Shown here: in pieces, positions 40,270 to 53,539 of the stretch
Position numbering within the stretch: position 1 is the first letter of the stretch
How the letters are laid out: every line of letters begins with the position of its first letter
From: Octopus vulgaris
Taxonomy: Eukaryota
NCBI GenBank assembly: GCA_951406725.2
Contig: OX597823.1
Span: forward strand, 7,006,001-7,070,000
Direction of reading: 5' to 3'
DNA: 64,000 bases
Notes under the pieces: model-generated
Told to the model about the DNA's origin: nothing
Seen by the model: the letters and a program-made list of their open reading frames with translations, nothing else
The model's database searches: none
Position numbers and translations under genes: made by a program

Positions 40270-41133
40270 TGCAATCTATAAATCTCTTTGAACGACCAAT
40301 CACTTATCTGAAAAGGCCTTGGGGACTATCTCAAAGAAGGTCTGCAACCAAATATCTTTACTCAAAATAACACTTTGCAACTGAATCAGTGGAGGCAAAG
40401 ATGCCTCTCCTTCACTTGACAATTTATGATTCTTCTTTCCAGGTGCATATTACTAAGTTGGCAATAAAATGCAGACAGCTGGCTGGATCTTTAGAATTTT
40501 CAGAGTGAGAGAACAGAAAACCGCAGTGGTCCTCTAGAAGGTATATGTCTTCAGCTGCTTAGACTACTGCTATCAGTTATGGTCACCACACAGTGTGAAA
40601 TTAACAGTGCAACTAGAAGCAATTCAGGGAAGCTAAAACAAAGATCAACTCATTGTGATATGTCAGCTATTAAGAAAAGCTGGAAAAAGTTAAGACTCTA
40701 CTCCCTAGAATGAAGGCAGGAACAATATGCACTGATATACATCTGGAAAATCCAGGAAGGATTTGTACCAAACTTTAGCATTGAATGTTACACAAACAGC
40801 AGAACGGGATTCCACTGCATAGTACCAAAGATCCTAACATTGCCATCAAGATACAGGACCAGATACTGCAACAGCTTGGGTTTCAATGACCCTCAACTCT
40901 TCAGTATTCTTCCAAAAAGCCTGAGTAACCTACATGAGTGGATGTAGGTGTCATCAAAGCAGAACTGGATCTCCTTCTGTCAACAATTCTGGATGAGCCT
41001 CCCTCACAGAAAGAAATGCAGATGAAGGCAGTAACATCAAACTTCCTTATTCATTGAATTCCGCATATCAGTGGGTTTCAAGTAATGAATGTGTAGCAAA
41101 GCTAACAGCAGTGTCCCAGCTCTCACGTTCAGG
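40270..41133 (+). mobile_element. Decayed CR1/L2-group LINE 3' fragment
   Basis: SCLDYCYQLWSPHSVKLTVQLEAIQ, LRLYSLE and IYIWKI remnants. The 3' end agcaaagctaacagcagtg recurs at 42133-42170. Confidence 0.7.
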
Positions 41134-41282
41134 ATATATGTATGTATGTATGTATATATACATATGTATATGTGTGTGTGTGTGTGTGCATATGTGTGTG
41201 CGTGTGTGTGTATATATACATATATATACATTTATATATACATATATATATATACATATATATACATACATACACACATGTA

Positions 41283-41440
41283 TCATCATCATCATCATCA
41301 TCATTTAGCATCCGCTTTCCATGCTAGCATGGGTTGGACGGTTCAACTGTGGTCTGTGAAGCTGGAAGGCTTCGTCAGGCCCAGTCAGATCTGGCAGTGT
41401 TTCTACGGCTGGATGCCCTTCCTAATGCCAACCACTCCGT
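41283..41440 (-). mobile_element. Family B retroposon 3' end
   Basis: Matches 58188-58340. A further 55-bp stub lies at 41634-41690. Confidence 0.85.
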
Positions 41441-41598
41441 GAATGTATATATATATATATATGTTTATATATATATATATATATACATACATACATATAT
41501 ATATACACATACATATATATGCACACACACATATATACATATATATATATATATATATCCATACATATATGTGTGTGTGTGTGTGTGTGTGTGTATAA

Positions 41599-41636
<38 letters not shown>

Positions 41637-41722
41637 TCATCATCATCATCGTTTAACGTCCGTTCTCCATGCTAGCATGGGTTGGACGGTATATATATAT
41701 ATATATAAGTATATATATAAGT

Positions 41723-42070
41723 AAATAAGAAAATGGAGAGGATAATCAATCGACAAACATCAGCCTGTAGACATTCATTTATATCCATTTATTAAAGTTT
41801 GATTCCTTATACATGTGACTGTAATTAATAAATAAATGGATGTCTACAGGATGATCTTTGTTGATTGATTATCCTCTCCATTTTTTTTTTATTTGTCTCA
41901 TAAATTCTGGGTAAATTTCTGTTTTACCCCCCCCACACACCTAGCATTCAATTGTGATATTGTTCTGCAATAGTAAGCACTTGGATATAATTACATAGGT
42001 ATACACCCATAGTATGTTGGATATTTATTATCTCTTAGATGGTTCCATAACCTCTAACTCATACAGACAC
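41723..42070. mobile_element. (TA)n-flanked fold-back element with unique tail
   Basis: Arms 41723-41782 and 41832-41894, followed by a ~170-bp tail. Confidence 0.75.
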
Positions 42071-42092
42071 ATATATACTAGTGTATATAAGC

Positions 42093-42134
<42 letters not shown>

Positions 42135-42176
42135 CAAAGCTAACAGCAGTGCCCCAGCTCTCAAGTTGAGACTGTG

Positions 42177-42252
<76 letters not shown>

Positions 42253-42289
42253 CAGACATACAGACAGGCAGACAGACAGACAGATGTAT

Positions 42290-43545
42290 TAACATAGCAA
42301 AAACTAAAGTTTTAGTATAACCTAGCAAAAACCAAAAACCAAAGTCTTAGTCTTTGTAAGTAGGAAGGCAGACAAACCACAAATCCCTTCAGGTAGATGG
42401 CCCTGCTTAATCTGTAGAAAAGGTGTTGGTAGGAAGTCCATAAGATGCATCCAGTGTAAACTTTAGACTCATAGAAGGTGCATCAGAGGAAGGTTAACAG
42501 GGAAACTAACTTTTATATATGGAAGATGTACAATAAATGCTGAAAATGTGAAGAAAATAGACTCGGTCAACTACCAGTGGAGCAAGCTAGAGCTAGTAGA
42601 TAGCTTCTGTTATGTAGGAGACCAAGTTAGTAGTGAAAGTGGATGGTCCAAACGCATAGCTGTAAGAATAAGATTAGGCTGAGCAAAGTTCAGAGAGCTC
42701 CTAACCCTACTGGCAACAAAGGCCACTCTCTCAGAGGGAAAGGCAGATTGTTTGATGCCAGTGTATGAACAGCTATGCTGCATGGCAGTGAAACATGGGC
42801 TGTGACAGCTGAGGTCATGCATAAGCTTGAAAGAAATGAAGGCAGTATGCTTCACTGGATGTGCAATGTCAGTGTGCATGTTTGACAGAGTGTAAGCATC
42901 TCGAGAGAAAAGTTGGGCATAAGAGGAATCAGATGTGGTGTGCAAGAGAGACGACTGTGCTAAAATGGTCATGTGATGCATATGGATGAGGACAGCTATG
43001 TAAAGAAGTGCTGATCTCTAACTGTGGAGAGAATGTGTGGTAGATGTATACCCAGGAAGACCTGGGATGAGGTGGTGAAGCATGATCTTCAAATGTTGAT
43101 CCTCACAGAGGCAATGACTGGTGAACAAGACCTTTGGTGATGTGCTGTGCTTGAGAGGACCCATCAAACCACGTGCACCCATGCTGGTGGCACATAAAGA
43201 ACATCTTTTGAACGTTGGGGCTCACGGAGGCAAAGTGGTTGAGTTCCTTTTAAGCATTGGGCCTCATGGAGGTAAAGTGGCTGATTTCTCTTCTAGCATT
43301 GGGCCTCGCAGAGGCAAAGTGGCTGAGTTTCTTTCAAGTGTTGGGCTTCACGGAGGCAAAGTGGTTGAGTTCCTTTTGAATGTTGGGCCTCACTGAGGCA
43401 ACGACCAAGACATTTGGCATTATGTTGTGCTTGAAAAGAAGACCCATCAAGCCAAGCAAAATCGCAGTTGTCACAGATACCAGTGTCACACAAATTGGAA
43501 CCATGCTGGTGACATGTAAAAGAACCCAATACACTCTTGGAGTAT
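42290..43545 (+). mobile_element. RTE-like LINE 3' part with PHD-like finger; probable source of family B tails
   Basis: NLAKTK, WPCLICRKGVGRKSIRCIQCKL*THRRC, ELVDSFCYVGD and MLHGSETWAVT. The 3' UTR ends in sequence matching the start of the B tail. Confidence 0.85.
43205..43400 (+). repeat. 42-bp tandem repeat, ~4.5 units, in the LINE 3' UTR
   Basis: Unit cacggaggcaaagtggttgagttccttttaagcattgggcct. Confidence 0.9.
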
Positions 43546-43914
43546 AATGGGTACTTTTACACAAATATAACATCTCCATACAGATTTTGACTAATAGAAT
43601 TGCAGATGTGCTTCAAGGGGACACAGCTTGGATTTTAACCCTATCTATATTATATGTATTTGAAGTCCTTCCCAGGCCATAGGCTCACTAGTTCAGTCTG
43701 GTGGATTTTATAGCAGATATGTTCTCCACTACTGGTCTGTCACAGGGTTACTCATTTTTGCCATACTGGAGCAACAGGAAATGATGTGTTTTTATTCAAG
43801 AACACAACACATCACCTTATTCTGGAACTGAAACCATAATCTTATGGCAATAAGTGCCATAACACCCTAGCAACCACACCACATGTCTCCTCACATGCAC
43901 ACATACATATAGGG

Positions 43915-44112
43915 TCATCATCATCATCATCATCATCGTTTAACGTCCGTTTTCCACGCTAGCACGGGTTGGACGGTTCGACCGGGGTCTGGGAAGCCAG
44001 GGGCTGCTCCAGGCTCCAGTCTGATCTGGCAGAGTTTCTACGGCTGGATGCCCTTCCTAACGCCAACCACTCCACGAGTGTAGTGGGTGCTTTTTACGTG
44101 CCACCTGCACAG
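43915..44112 (-). mobile_element. Family B retroposon 3' end
   Basis: (CAT)n + B consensus. Confidence 0.88.
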
Positions 44113-44239
44113 GTGGGTATATATATATATATTAATGCAAATATATGTGTGTTTATGCATAAATGTGTGTGTTTATATATATATGTATGTATGTATGTAA
44201 TTAAATGTGTGTGTGTGTGTAACTTCTGGAAAAAATGGG

Positions 44240-44695
44240 AAAACAATCAAACCACAAATCTCTACAGGAGAATGGCTTTGTTCAATATGTAGAAAAACTA
44301 TTTGGAGAAATTCGATACAGTTGGACCCAGTGCAAGCATTGAACACATAAGATGTATAATGAAATCACTGGAAGGTTCCCTGGGAAAGTTGGCTTTGTGT
44401 GTGGCAGAGTTTCAGCAACAAGACACTGTCAAAACAAAGCCACCTCCCTCAGTACTACTCCTCATTCAGCTGATGCATCTTGTAAGTTATTTGGTAACCT
44501 CACTCTTACTGGTGCCACAGAAGAAGTATCCAGTACACTCTGTAAAGTGGTTTAGGTTAAGTAAGGCATTCAGCAGGAGAAACCATTCCAAAGCAGATGC
44601 TAGGGCTTGGTACAGGGTTCTGACTTGCCAACGCACAAACCAACCAATCAATAATACAAGCATAGAAAGTGGACATTAAATGATGATGATGATGA

Positions 44696-44698
<3 letters not shown>
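44240..44698 (+). mobile_element. Second, internally deleted RTE-PHD relic ending in a B-type tail
   Basis: GEWLCSICRK...RNSIQ...QCKH*THK...VCGR remnants, then agcatagaaagtggacattaaa(tga)n. Confidence 0.65.
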
Positions 44699-44759
<61 letters not shown>

Positions 44760-44828
44760 ACAGATACATACATATATACATACACACACACATAGGTATG
44801 TATATATAAATATATATGTGTGTGTGTG

Positions 44829-44898
<70 letters not shown>

Positions 44899-44915
44899 GT
44901 AGCACATTAAAGGGT

Positions 44916-45097
44916 TACATTATTTACATAATAACAACATTGAAAATATCTTAGGAATGGGAACCCAGATTCGAAATTTCCCCAAGAAACCTGACGAAAC
45001 ATTGTGTTAACAACAAACAAGATGAAGACAAATATGTGTCAAATGTAAATAATGTAAATAATGTACATAATTCCTCATCTCTTAAATATGGACTGTA
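44916..45097 (+). mobile_element. Penelope-like terminal remnant with a collapsed hammerhead
   Basis: cCTGA|cGAAACattg at ~44990-45004. 14-bp inverted repeat 44916-44929 / 45043-45056, next to (TA)n. Confidence 0.45.
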
Positions 45098-45582
45098 TTA
45101 TTAAAGGGTTAGATTAAAATTTTGCCCACATAAAACTTGACACAACTATAGGATCAAATGACTCTGCAGAAGTCACTGATGTAAGTATTCACCACAAATC
45201 CACCCTGCTATAAACCAAATGGTAATTGGCACTATATTAACTGCACTTCTAACCATCCATATGTGGTTTTCAACTCTATAGTTAAGTGATGAGGGTCTCA
45301 TATCAATCTCTAAGCTACCTGCCAATGAAAAGATTTTCTTACACAATGCCCGCTGTTACAATGCCATTCTTACTAAAGCCAATGCAGTAAAGAAATTTAA
45401 TGTATCCCTAATAATGTAAACTTCTCAACTAAAATCTAGTTGGTTTTTCAACAAAATAGAGTAAAAGTGGTGATAATTGTAGCAATAAGTTACATTCTAA
45501 TAATAATACTGACAACATCAATAACAATGATATCAGTAATAATCATAGTAATAATGCTAATAGTAGTAGTAGTAGTAGTAAC

Positions 45583-45746
45583 AAGAATCCTTTTTACTAT
45601 AGGCATAAGGCCTGGAATTTGAGGGAAGGAGATAGTTGATGACATTGACCCCAGTGCTTGACTGGTACTTAATTTATCAACCCTGAAAGGATGAAAGGCA
45701 AAGTCGACCTCAGCAGAATTTGAACTCAGAATGTAGCGACAAGCGA

Positions 45747-45747
<1 letters not shown>
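45583..45747 (-). mobile_element. SINE family C fragment
   Basis: Reverse complement of the core of 2171-2400. Confidence 0.8.
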
Positions 45748-45787
<40 letters not shown>

Positions 45788-45792
45788 TAATA

Positions 45793-45869
<77 letters not shown>

Positions 45870-46259
45870 TGTAGTGGTAATAAAATTTGTTCAATAATGA
45901 TAATAGAAGGAAAAGATAGAACCAGTATCTATATCTAAAATTAATTGTCAAACACCACCATTAGTACCTTTGTACCCAAACGTTATAGTAAGATGACATC
46001 ACATTCTTGGAAGCTAATTCATATCCTTTTGTAGTCTGGCAGGTAACTGGCATTAAAATACCTCTAATAATAATAATAATGATAATAATAATGATAATGT
46101 TGCAACTAACAATGATCTGAATCACTGTACATTACCACTTAACAACTTTAAACCAGCCTATATTTAGACACAATTACCAGATAATAGATTGAATGGATTA
46201 TGGAAGCAACAGTTATTATGATACAGCTGTCTCTTCAAGGTTCAAGTTCCCACAGGTCT

Positions 46260-46577
46260 ACCTACAGTTTTACATTGTTTTTTCAAGCACTGAATAAGTA
46301 TTTTCTTCCTTCTAATAAATATCATGAATTGCTTAATAAGCACACTGTAAAGTTCTCTTATTCTACTACATCAAATATAGCAGATAATATAATAGCAATG
46401 AACTGTAAGAAATTAAATAATATTGTTAATTAAACAAATAGTATGAATATGCCTATTAGTTTATGTCAACCTAACACCAGCTCCCCTGTGACATCACCTA
46501 TCAAGGTGACAAGTAATAATACTTATCCAATGCCTATTCCCCATTAAATCAATAGTAACAACAACAATAATAATAAT

Positions 46578-46611
<34 letters not shown>

Positions 46612-47200
46612 TGCAAGACAATCAATTCAATAATACAACCCAAATAAAATAATCCATAAACTCAAGACACTCTATACAGTAAATATTCAGTAAAGTAAAC
46701 AGCCTCCACAACATATACTCTACAGGCTGGATATCCAACAGAAGAACACAATTCATATTACACACACAACACATAATACAAACACTAATATGACAGAAGA
46801 CTCCAGCGAAACCCCATAACAAAACAAACTGATGCAATACAATACTGGGAAGCATTTGAACTTCCCCAACAACAAAACAGAACACACAATGCTGCATACA
46901 CCTCAGCAACATGGAGGTGTAGCAGGTGATGCAGTAGAAATCTACCTGACTATTTTGAATAGTAATAATAATAGTGATAATAATGATTCAATATTTCAGC
47001 TCTGTAATTGTAGGAACAATTTTAATTGCCTTCTAAGTAACCTGTTACCTCCATAATAACATAGTATAAAATGCTCTGACTATATGCTTAATATATTTAC
47101 TGCTTTATTAGTGCCATGGCTATAGAATTAAAGGTTTAATGGAATAACTATTTGAACTCCTTTAAAGATAAGACAAAACTGCATAGTGCATCTCTGGGAC
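46260..47200 (+). mobile_element. Penelope-like element relic (linker + GIY-YIG region), interrupted
   Basis: FFQALNKYFLPSNKYHELLNKHTVKFSYSTTSNIADNII, then LCNCRNNFNCLL and WNNYLNSFKDKTKLHSASL. Split by (TAA)n-bounded sequence at ~46560-46990. Confidence 0.65.
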
Positions 47201-47688
47201 CTAAGAATCCTGAGTGGTGGTAACATTAAGTGCTTGATTTTATAGTCTATTATTTCAGCTGCTTTTCCTTATAAAGTGGAGGGGGTAGTTGTGGTGGGTG
47301 TTCTACAGAAGTCATTGAAATTTTTAAAAGTCAAACAGGTCTAGTTAACAAACATGGTAAATTGTTAATAGAATGCACTCATTGTATCAACAAAACCTTT
47401 TTTAAATAGGGTCTACCCAGTGTATAACAATACCTGCATCTTCTAAGATCTTTGTTCTTCATAGATACAAGGTTTATTTAAAATTTTATTGTTGTTGTTT
47501 GGGATCAGCTGGTTAATAAATTTTTACAATGCTGTGTATTTCTTATGTAATGAATATCTTTTATTGTATTCATTTCTTTATTTATTAATTTCCCTACATG
47601 TCTGCAACTGTTCTGTTTTGCTATATTCATTATATTTATGTATCGAAGTGTGTGCATGTATCTGTATGTATGGGTGTGTGTCTATATA

Positions 47689-47725
<37 letters not shown>

Positions 47726-47758
47726 ATGTATATAATGCATGTGTATTTTTGTGTATAA

Positions 47759-47808
<50 letters not shown>

Positions 47809-48535
47809 ATATATACTTATATATTTATGTGCATTTGGGTATATATATTATATTACATTTATTATATAATCTCAACATAAAACTTTATCAGGTTTATACT
47901 TTATACCTTCAATATTAACAACTTGTAATTACAAAATTCTATTTCTTTTTTACTAAACTATAAGTTTAGATTATAAATGATATCATTTTAAAATTTATTA
48001 TTGATATTGCAGTATATTATATCATTTATTTACAATTTACTGTCCTTTAATACTTGTTATCATTTTTTTTAGTTTAATTGACAATCGACTCCTTTAAGAG
48101 TAACATTCCTTGTACTCCTTTCATTTATGCTTACTTTATTGCTTCTAACCCTCCCACTTATCCTGCCATCACTCTCTCTCTCTCTCTTTTATCTTTATTT
48201 CTTTTTTTTTTTCTTCTATTTTCTTTAAATTTCTTAATTTGCTCTATCAACATTATTGTTCTTCAAAGATTTCTCCACCTTCCTTAAGCTAATTTACAAC
48301 ATTCTCTATATGCTTATACTCCAGTTCCAATTATTACTTTCTTTTTCTCTAACAAACAATTGTCTTGTAGCATAAAATAATTAGTGTCCAAACCTCCCTT
48401 ACAAACCTTACCTAGTAAGACTAAAATGATCTCTGTTCTCAATGCTATCTTACTCTATATTATATTTACATATCAGAAGGTTTTGCTTCCACACTATGCA
48501 TATACAGGCTCCTCTCACTGTGGTCTTTATGATTA

Positions 48536-48850
48536 TAATATAATAATAATAAAAACATTGTGTACAGTGCTCAGGTGCACTACAACTCATCTAAAGTGTA
48601 TATATAATCAGGTGTAGTTTCGGCGGATTTCGGAAAGTATGAGGGCCTTAAAGGATGCAGTGTCATGGCAGTCAACAACTGACGCAGGCAGTTTGTTCCA
48701 TGCTTCAGCAACTCTGAGAATGAAAAAGTGTTTCCGAAAGTCATGGGAAACATGACTTTGTAGGCATGTCCACGTGTGTTTTCTGACTTTGTAGGCATGT
48801 CCACGTGTGTTAGACACATGGAGATCAAAAAGGTGTTCAGTGTTGTTGTT
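48536..48850 (-). mobile_element. CR1-type LINE 3' end
   Basis: NTRGHAYKV...FRKHFFILRVAEAWNKLPASVV. 28-bp tandem duplication at 48753-48780 / 48784-48811. Confidence 0.85.
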
Positions 48851-49173
48851 GGTGAGGTGTTGTTGGTATGCATAAATTTCTGAATGCCATACGTATTACT
48901 TTTTTTTACTTTTCTTCTGACAAGATGGACATGGATCACATGTAATATGTTGTAATATTACATAATCATTATTCATATTCATGATGTATCTGAACGATGT
49001 ATTGTTGAAATGATTGCAATGAAAGAATAAATGTAATATCAACACAGCCATTCTTGGACTTCTTGTATTGTCAAGCAGAGGTGGGGATACAAGCACAAAT
49101 ACAAAAACACATATACACACTCACACATGCACACACACACACACACACACATATGGATATGTATGTTTATATA

Positions 49174-49585
49174 GGCGCAGGAGTGGCTGTGTGGTAAGTA
49201 GCTTGCCTATGAACCACATGGTTCCGGGTTCAGTCCCACTGCGTGGCACCTTGGGCAAGTGTCTTCTACTATAGCCTCAGGCCGACCAATGCCTTGTGAG
49301 TGGATTTGGTAGACGGAGTCTGAAAGAAGCCCATCGTTTATATGTATATATATATATGTTTGTGTGTGTGTTTGTGTGTCTGTGTTTGTCCCCCTAGCAT
49401 TGCTTGACAACCGATGCTGGTGTGTTTACGTCCCCGTCACTTAGCGGTTCGGCAAAAGAGACCGATAGAATAAGTATGAGGCTTACAAAGAATAAGTCCC
49501 GGGGTTGATTTGCTCGACTAAAGGCAGTGCTCCAGCATGGCCACAGTCAAATGACTGAAATATGAAAAAAGGGTAAAATAAGAGT
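49174..49585 (+). mobile_element. SINE family A, full length
   Basis: Head ggcgcaggagtggctgtgtggtaag...ggttcagtccc. Confidence 0.9.
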
Positions 49586-49729
49586 ATATGTCTATATATA
49601 TATATATGTTGATGTTAGGAAGGGCATCCAACCATAGAAACTATGCCAAAGCCAACAGTGAAGCTTCTGACTTGCCAGCTTCTGTTAAACCATCCAATCT
49701 ATGCCAGCATGGAAAATGGACATTAAATA

Positions 49730-49762
<33 letters not shown>

Positions 49763-49953
49763 GTGATATATATATGTATGATATATATGAACGTCCACAT
49801 GGTTTCTGTGTTCAAATTCACTCATAAAGCATTGGGCAGCCTGTGATTACAAGAAGACACTAGCTCTAGGTACCGTTGAATAGTACTGAACCTGGAACCA
49901 CATGATTGCAAATTAAGCTCCTTAACCTCACAACCATATCTGCACCTATGATA

Positions 49954-49997
<44 letters not shown>

Positions 49998-50127
49998 AAC
50001 ACATATAATATATATATATTTATTAATATTTAGCAGAAGCAATATCAGTTTGATAAGTACCAATGCACAAAACTCTCAGCCATTGAGTCACTTGGTTGCT
50101 TCTGGTAAATATTAATAAAATTATAAA

Positions 50128-50491
50128 ACACCATCCGAGCGTGGCCGTCTGCCAGCCTCGCCTGGCACCTGTGTCGGTGGCACATAAAAAACACCATCCG
50201 AGCGTGGCCGTCTGCCAGCCTCGTCTGGCACCTGTGTCGGTGGCACATAAAAAACACCATCCGAGCGTGGCCGTCTGCCAGCCTCGTCTGGCACCTGTGT
50301 CGGTGGTACATAAAATCACCCACTACACTCTCGGAGTGGTTGGCATTAGGAAGGGCATCCAGCTGTAGCAACACTGTCAGATCTGACTGGCCTGGTGCAG
50401 CCTTCAGGCTTGCCAGACCCCAGTTGAACCGTCCAACCCATGCTAGCATGGAAAGCGGACGTTAAACAATGATGATGATGATGATGATGAT
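50128..50491 (+). mobile_element. Family B retroposon with three 63-bp tandem units
   Basis: Units start at 50129, 50192 and 50255, followed by the B tail and (GAT)n. Confidence 0.9.
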
Positions 50492-51960
50492 GTTAGTTAG
50501 TTAATTCTTTGGCTCAAAAAGCAAAAAGCAAGGTCATGTAGGGGGACATGGAGTTATGTACAGGGTGGTGTTCAGGTAAAGAGTTCAGGCCACTTGCGGT
50601 CAAGGGAGACTTTGAACCGAGCGGTTGTTGGCATCTTCACCATCTCGTCCGGCAGCTTATTCCACGGATCCACAACCTGGATGGAGAAAGCCCCTCTCCT
50701 TCAATTGAGATGAAACCGTCGCAGATATAGCTTTTCGGAATGACCCCGCAGCTGACGCTCTGGAGCAGGAGTGAAGAACAGCTCTTTCGAGAGGTTACAC
50801 TTTCCGCTTATGATGTTGTGAGCAAGAATGAGATCACCACGGCATCGTCGTTTTTCTAGAGAATAAAGGTCGAGCGTCTTAAGCCTTTCTTCATAAGACA
50901 AATTCTTGAGACCAAGAACCGTGAGGGTAGCCAGCTTCTGGACTCTTTCAAGATGCTGTATGTCTTTGAGGAGATAAGGAGAAGAGGCTTGAATCCTGTA
51001 CTCCAATATGGGTTTCACCAGCGTGACATAGAGTGGTAGGAATATGGCTGCTGTGAGCATTCCGAATGACCGTTGAATCAAGAACAGAACTCTGCGTGCT
51101 TTGTTGGCAGCATGGACACACTGAGCCGAAGGCTACAAGGAGGAATCCACCAAGATACGCAGGTCCTTTACCTGATTGGTCCTCTCCAGCAGCAGACGAC
51201 CCAGCTCAAAATCAAGTTGAGTTGCAGGAGGAGAGCCAACAGGCAGATGACAGCACTTTGACACGTTCAGACACAGATTCCATTCGTTAGACCATCTCCA
51301 AATTTGGTGGAGGCATCGACGAAGATCCTCTATATCACCGCGAGGAGCGACCAGTTTGACATCGTCGGCAAATAGAAGGGTGTGTTGCGCAAGTCATTTA
51401 TGAAGACTAAGAACAATAAGGGCCCAAGCACTGAACCTTGAGGCATGCCACTGCTCACACTGGAGACGTCGGACCACGAACCATTAACTTGGACTTGGAA
51501 GGAGCGATCTGAGAGGAAGGCACCAACCCATCATACAATATCCGGATGGAAACTATATGCTTGAAGCTTGACAAGTAATAGGCGGTGGTTTACTGAGTCA
51601 AAAGCTTTGGCAAAGTCCAATAAAACGATGTCAACAGCATCACTATCATCGAGGATGCGCATCACCAATTCTTCCATTACCAGTAAGTTGGTCAAGCATG
51701 AAGCCGTGTTGGGAATCAGAAATAGAGGCTGTGTTTTGGAGGTGGAGCATCATACTTTTCTTTAGGATGGTTTCGAAAATCTTGCTGATTATTGATGTAA
51801 GGGAAACTGGTCAGTAGTTAAGCGGGTCTTCGCAGCTCCCTTTCTTGAAAATTGGGCAGATTATCGCTGTTCTCCAGTCCACAGGTATAACACCCGTCGC
51901 CAATGACATATTGAATAGACGTGTTAAGGGCTCGCAGATGACCGGAGCCAATGCTTATAT
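50492..51960 (-). mobile_element. CR1-type LINE RT pseudogene
   Basis: DFAKAFDSVNH, GMPQGSVLGPLLFLVFIND, LLFADDVKL, LVKPILEY...LERVQKLAT and LYSLEKRRCRGDLI. (TAAC)n at the 3' end. Confidence 0.92.
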
Positions 51961-52059
51961 TTTGAGTTCTGTTTATCCTGTTTGCATCACCATATCTATA
52001 TCTATATCTATCTACCTATCTATATGTGTATATATATATATATATGCATTATGTATATA

Positions 52060-52128
<69 letters not shown>

Positions 52129-52589
52129 ATTTATATATATATATGATATATAAGATAACTTTTATGGTTTACTAGTTATATACAGTTATTAGACTGAGGA
52201 CATGCTGGGGCACTACCTTGAAGGGTTCTGTCAAATAAAAATGGCCCTTTTTTTACATCCATTACTTATTTTATCAGTCACATTTTGTCAAACTGCAAAG
52301 TTATGGAGACATAAAGAAACCAACACCAGTTTTCAAATGGTAATGGAGGAGAAACACAAGCAAAGACATAGACACGTGCACACACACACACACACACACA
52401 CAAATGCACATGCATACGCATGCACAGACATAGATATACATACGAAAGCCTCCTTTCAGTTTCTATCTACCAAATCCACTGACAGGCTTTGATTGGCTTG
52501 GGGCTATAGGAAAAGACACTTGCCGAAAGTGCTTACAGTGGAACTGAACTGTGACCTGTGTGGTTAGGAAGCAAACCTCTTGGTTTGAC

Positions 52590-53520
52590 AAGATATGGCC
52601 AGCTGCATGGCTGCACTGAATTTGATGGTGAGATCCAGGCCATGATTGACAATGATCCCTCCAATCCAATCAGGTCCATCGCCAGGGACATGCGAGTGTC
52701 TGAGTTTCTTATCAGGCAGATACTCTTTGAAAACATTCAGAATTCCTCAAATTAGATGAGAAAGGGTCAATTTTCATTTCAAGTCATCAAGGAAAGAAGA
52801 AAGACAACACTACGCTTCTTTTCAACAAACTCAAGCATCCCATCCAACCGAACATGCTTTGGTTTTCTTCAGACAAGGAAAAACTTCTACCAGGAACGGA
52901 TGGTGAAAACACTGACTTACCATGTCCCTAAAATATGTACCGAGAGTGATAAAAATCAAACATCCTGCCAACATCATCGTGTTTGGAGTGATCACTAGTA
53001 ATGGCGACATTATGCCTCCATTCATCTTCCCACACAGTTGCAGACTCAACACAGAGGCCTACATCAATTGCCTGGAGGGGGTAGTGCTGCCCTGGGTCAA
53101 GAGGGTAGTTGCTTGAAGACCCTATGTCTGGCAACAGGACTCTGCACCATGCCACACGAGCAGGAGAACCCAGTCATGGCAGTCAAACAGTTTCTACAAC
53201 TACATCACCCCTAACATCTGGCCACCTAACTCCCCAGACTGCAACCCTCTTGATTATTATGTGTGGAGCACATTTGAGCAAGAGACCAACAAAACTTCTT
53301 GTTACACCAAAGATGAATTGAAGGCAAGGGTTATGGCAGTATTGACCAACTTAAACAAAGAGACCATCCAGAAGTGTTACATGAGATTCTGACGTCGTCT
53401 GGAGGCCATGGTTGAAGCCAATGGCGATTTTATTGAATAAATTTACTCTTTAGTATTTCAAGATATTTTTATACAATTTTAGTAAATATATCTGTTAAAA
53501 TGAGATTTTCCTTAAACTAA
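52590..53520 (+). mobile_element. DD37D (maT-type) Tc1/mariner transposase relic
   Basis: FSD, HPANIIVFGVIT and WQQDSAPCH...WPPNSPDCNPLDYYVW, with 37 residues between the 2nd and 3rd Asp. Confidence 0.88.
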
Positions 53521-53539
53521 TTCATTATTACATATATAT

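Noticed and set aside
50129-50320. CRISPR-like appearance of the 63-bp repeats (also 58350-58597 and 43205-43400)
   Set aside because: The units are contiguous with no unique spacers, there are no cas genes, and the context is a eukaryotic retroposon.
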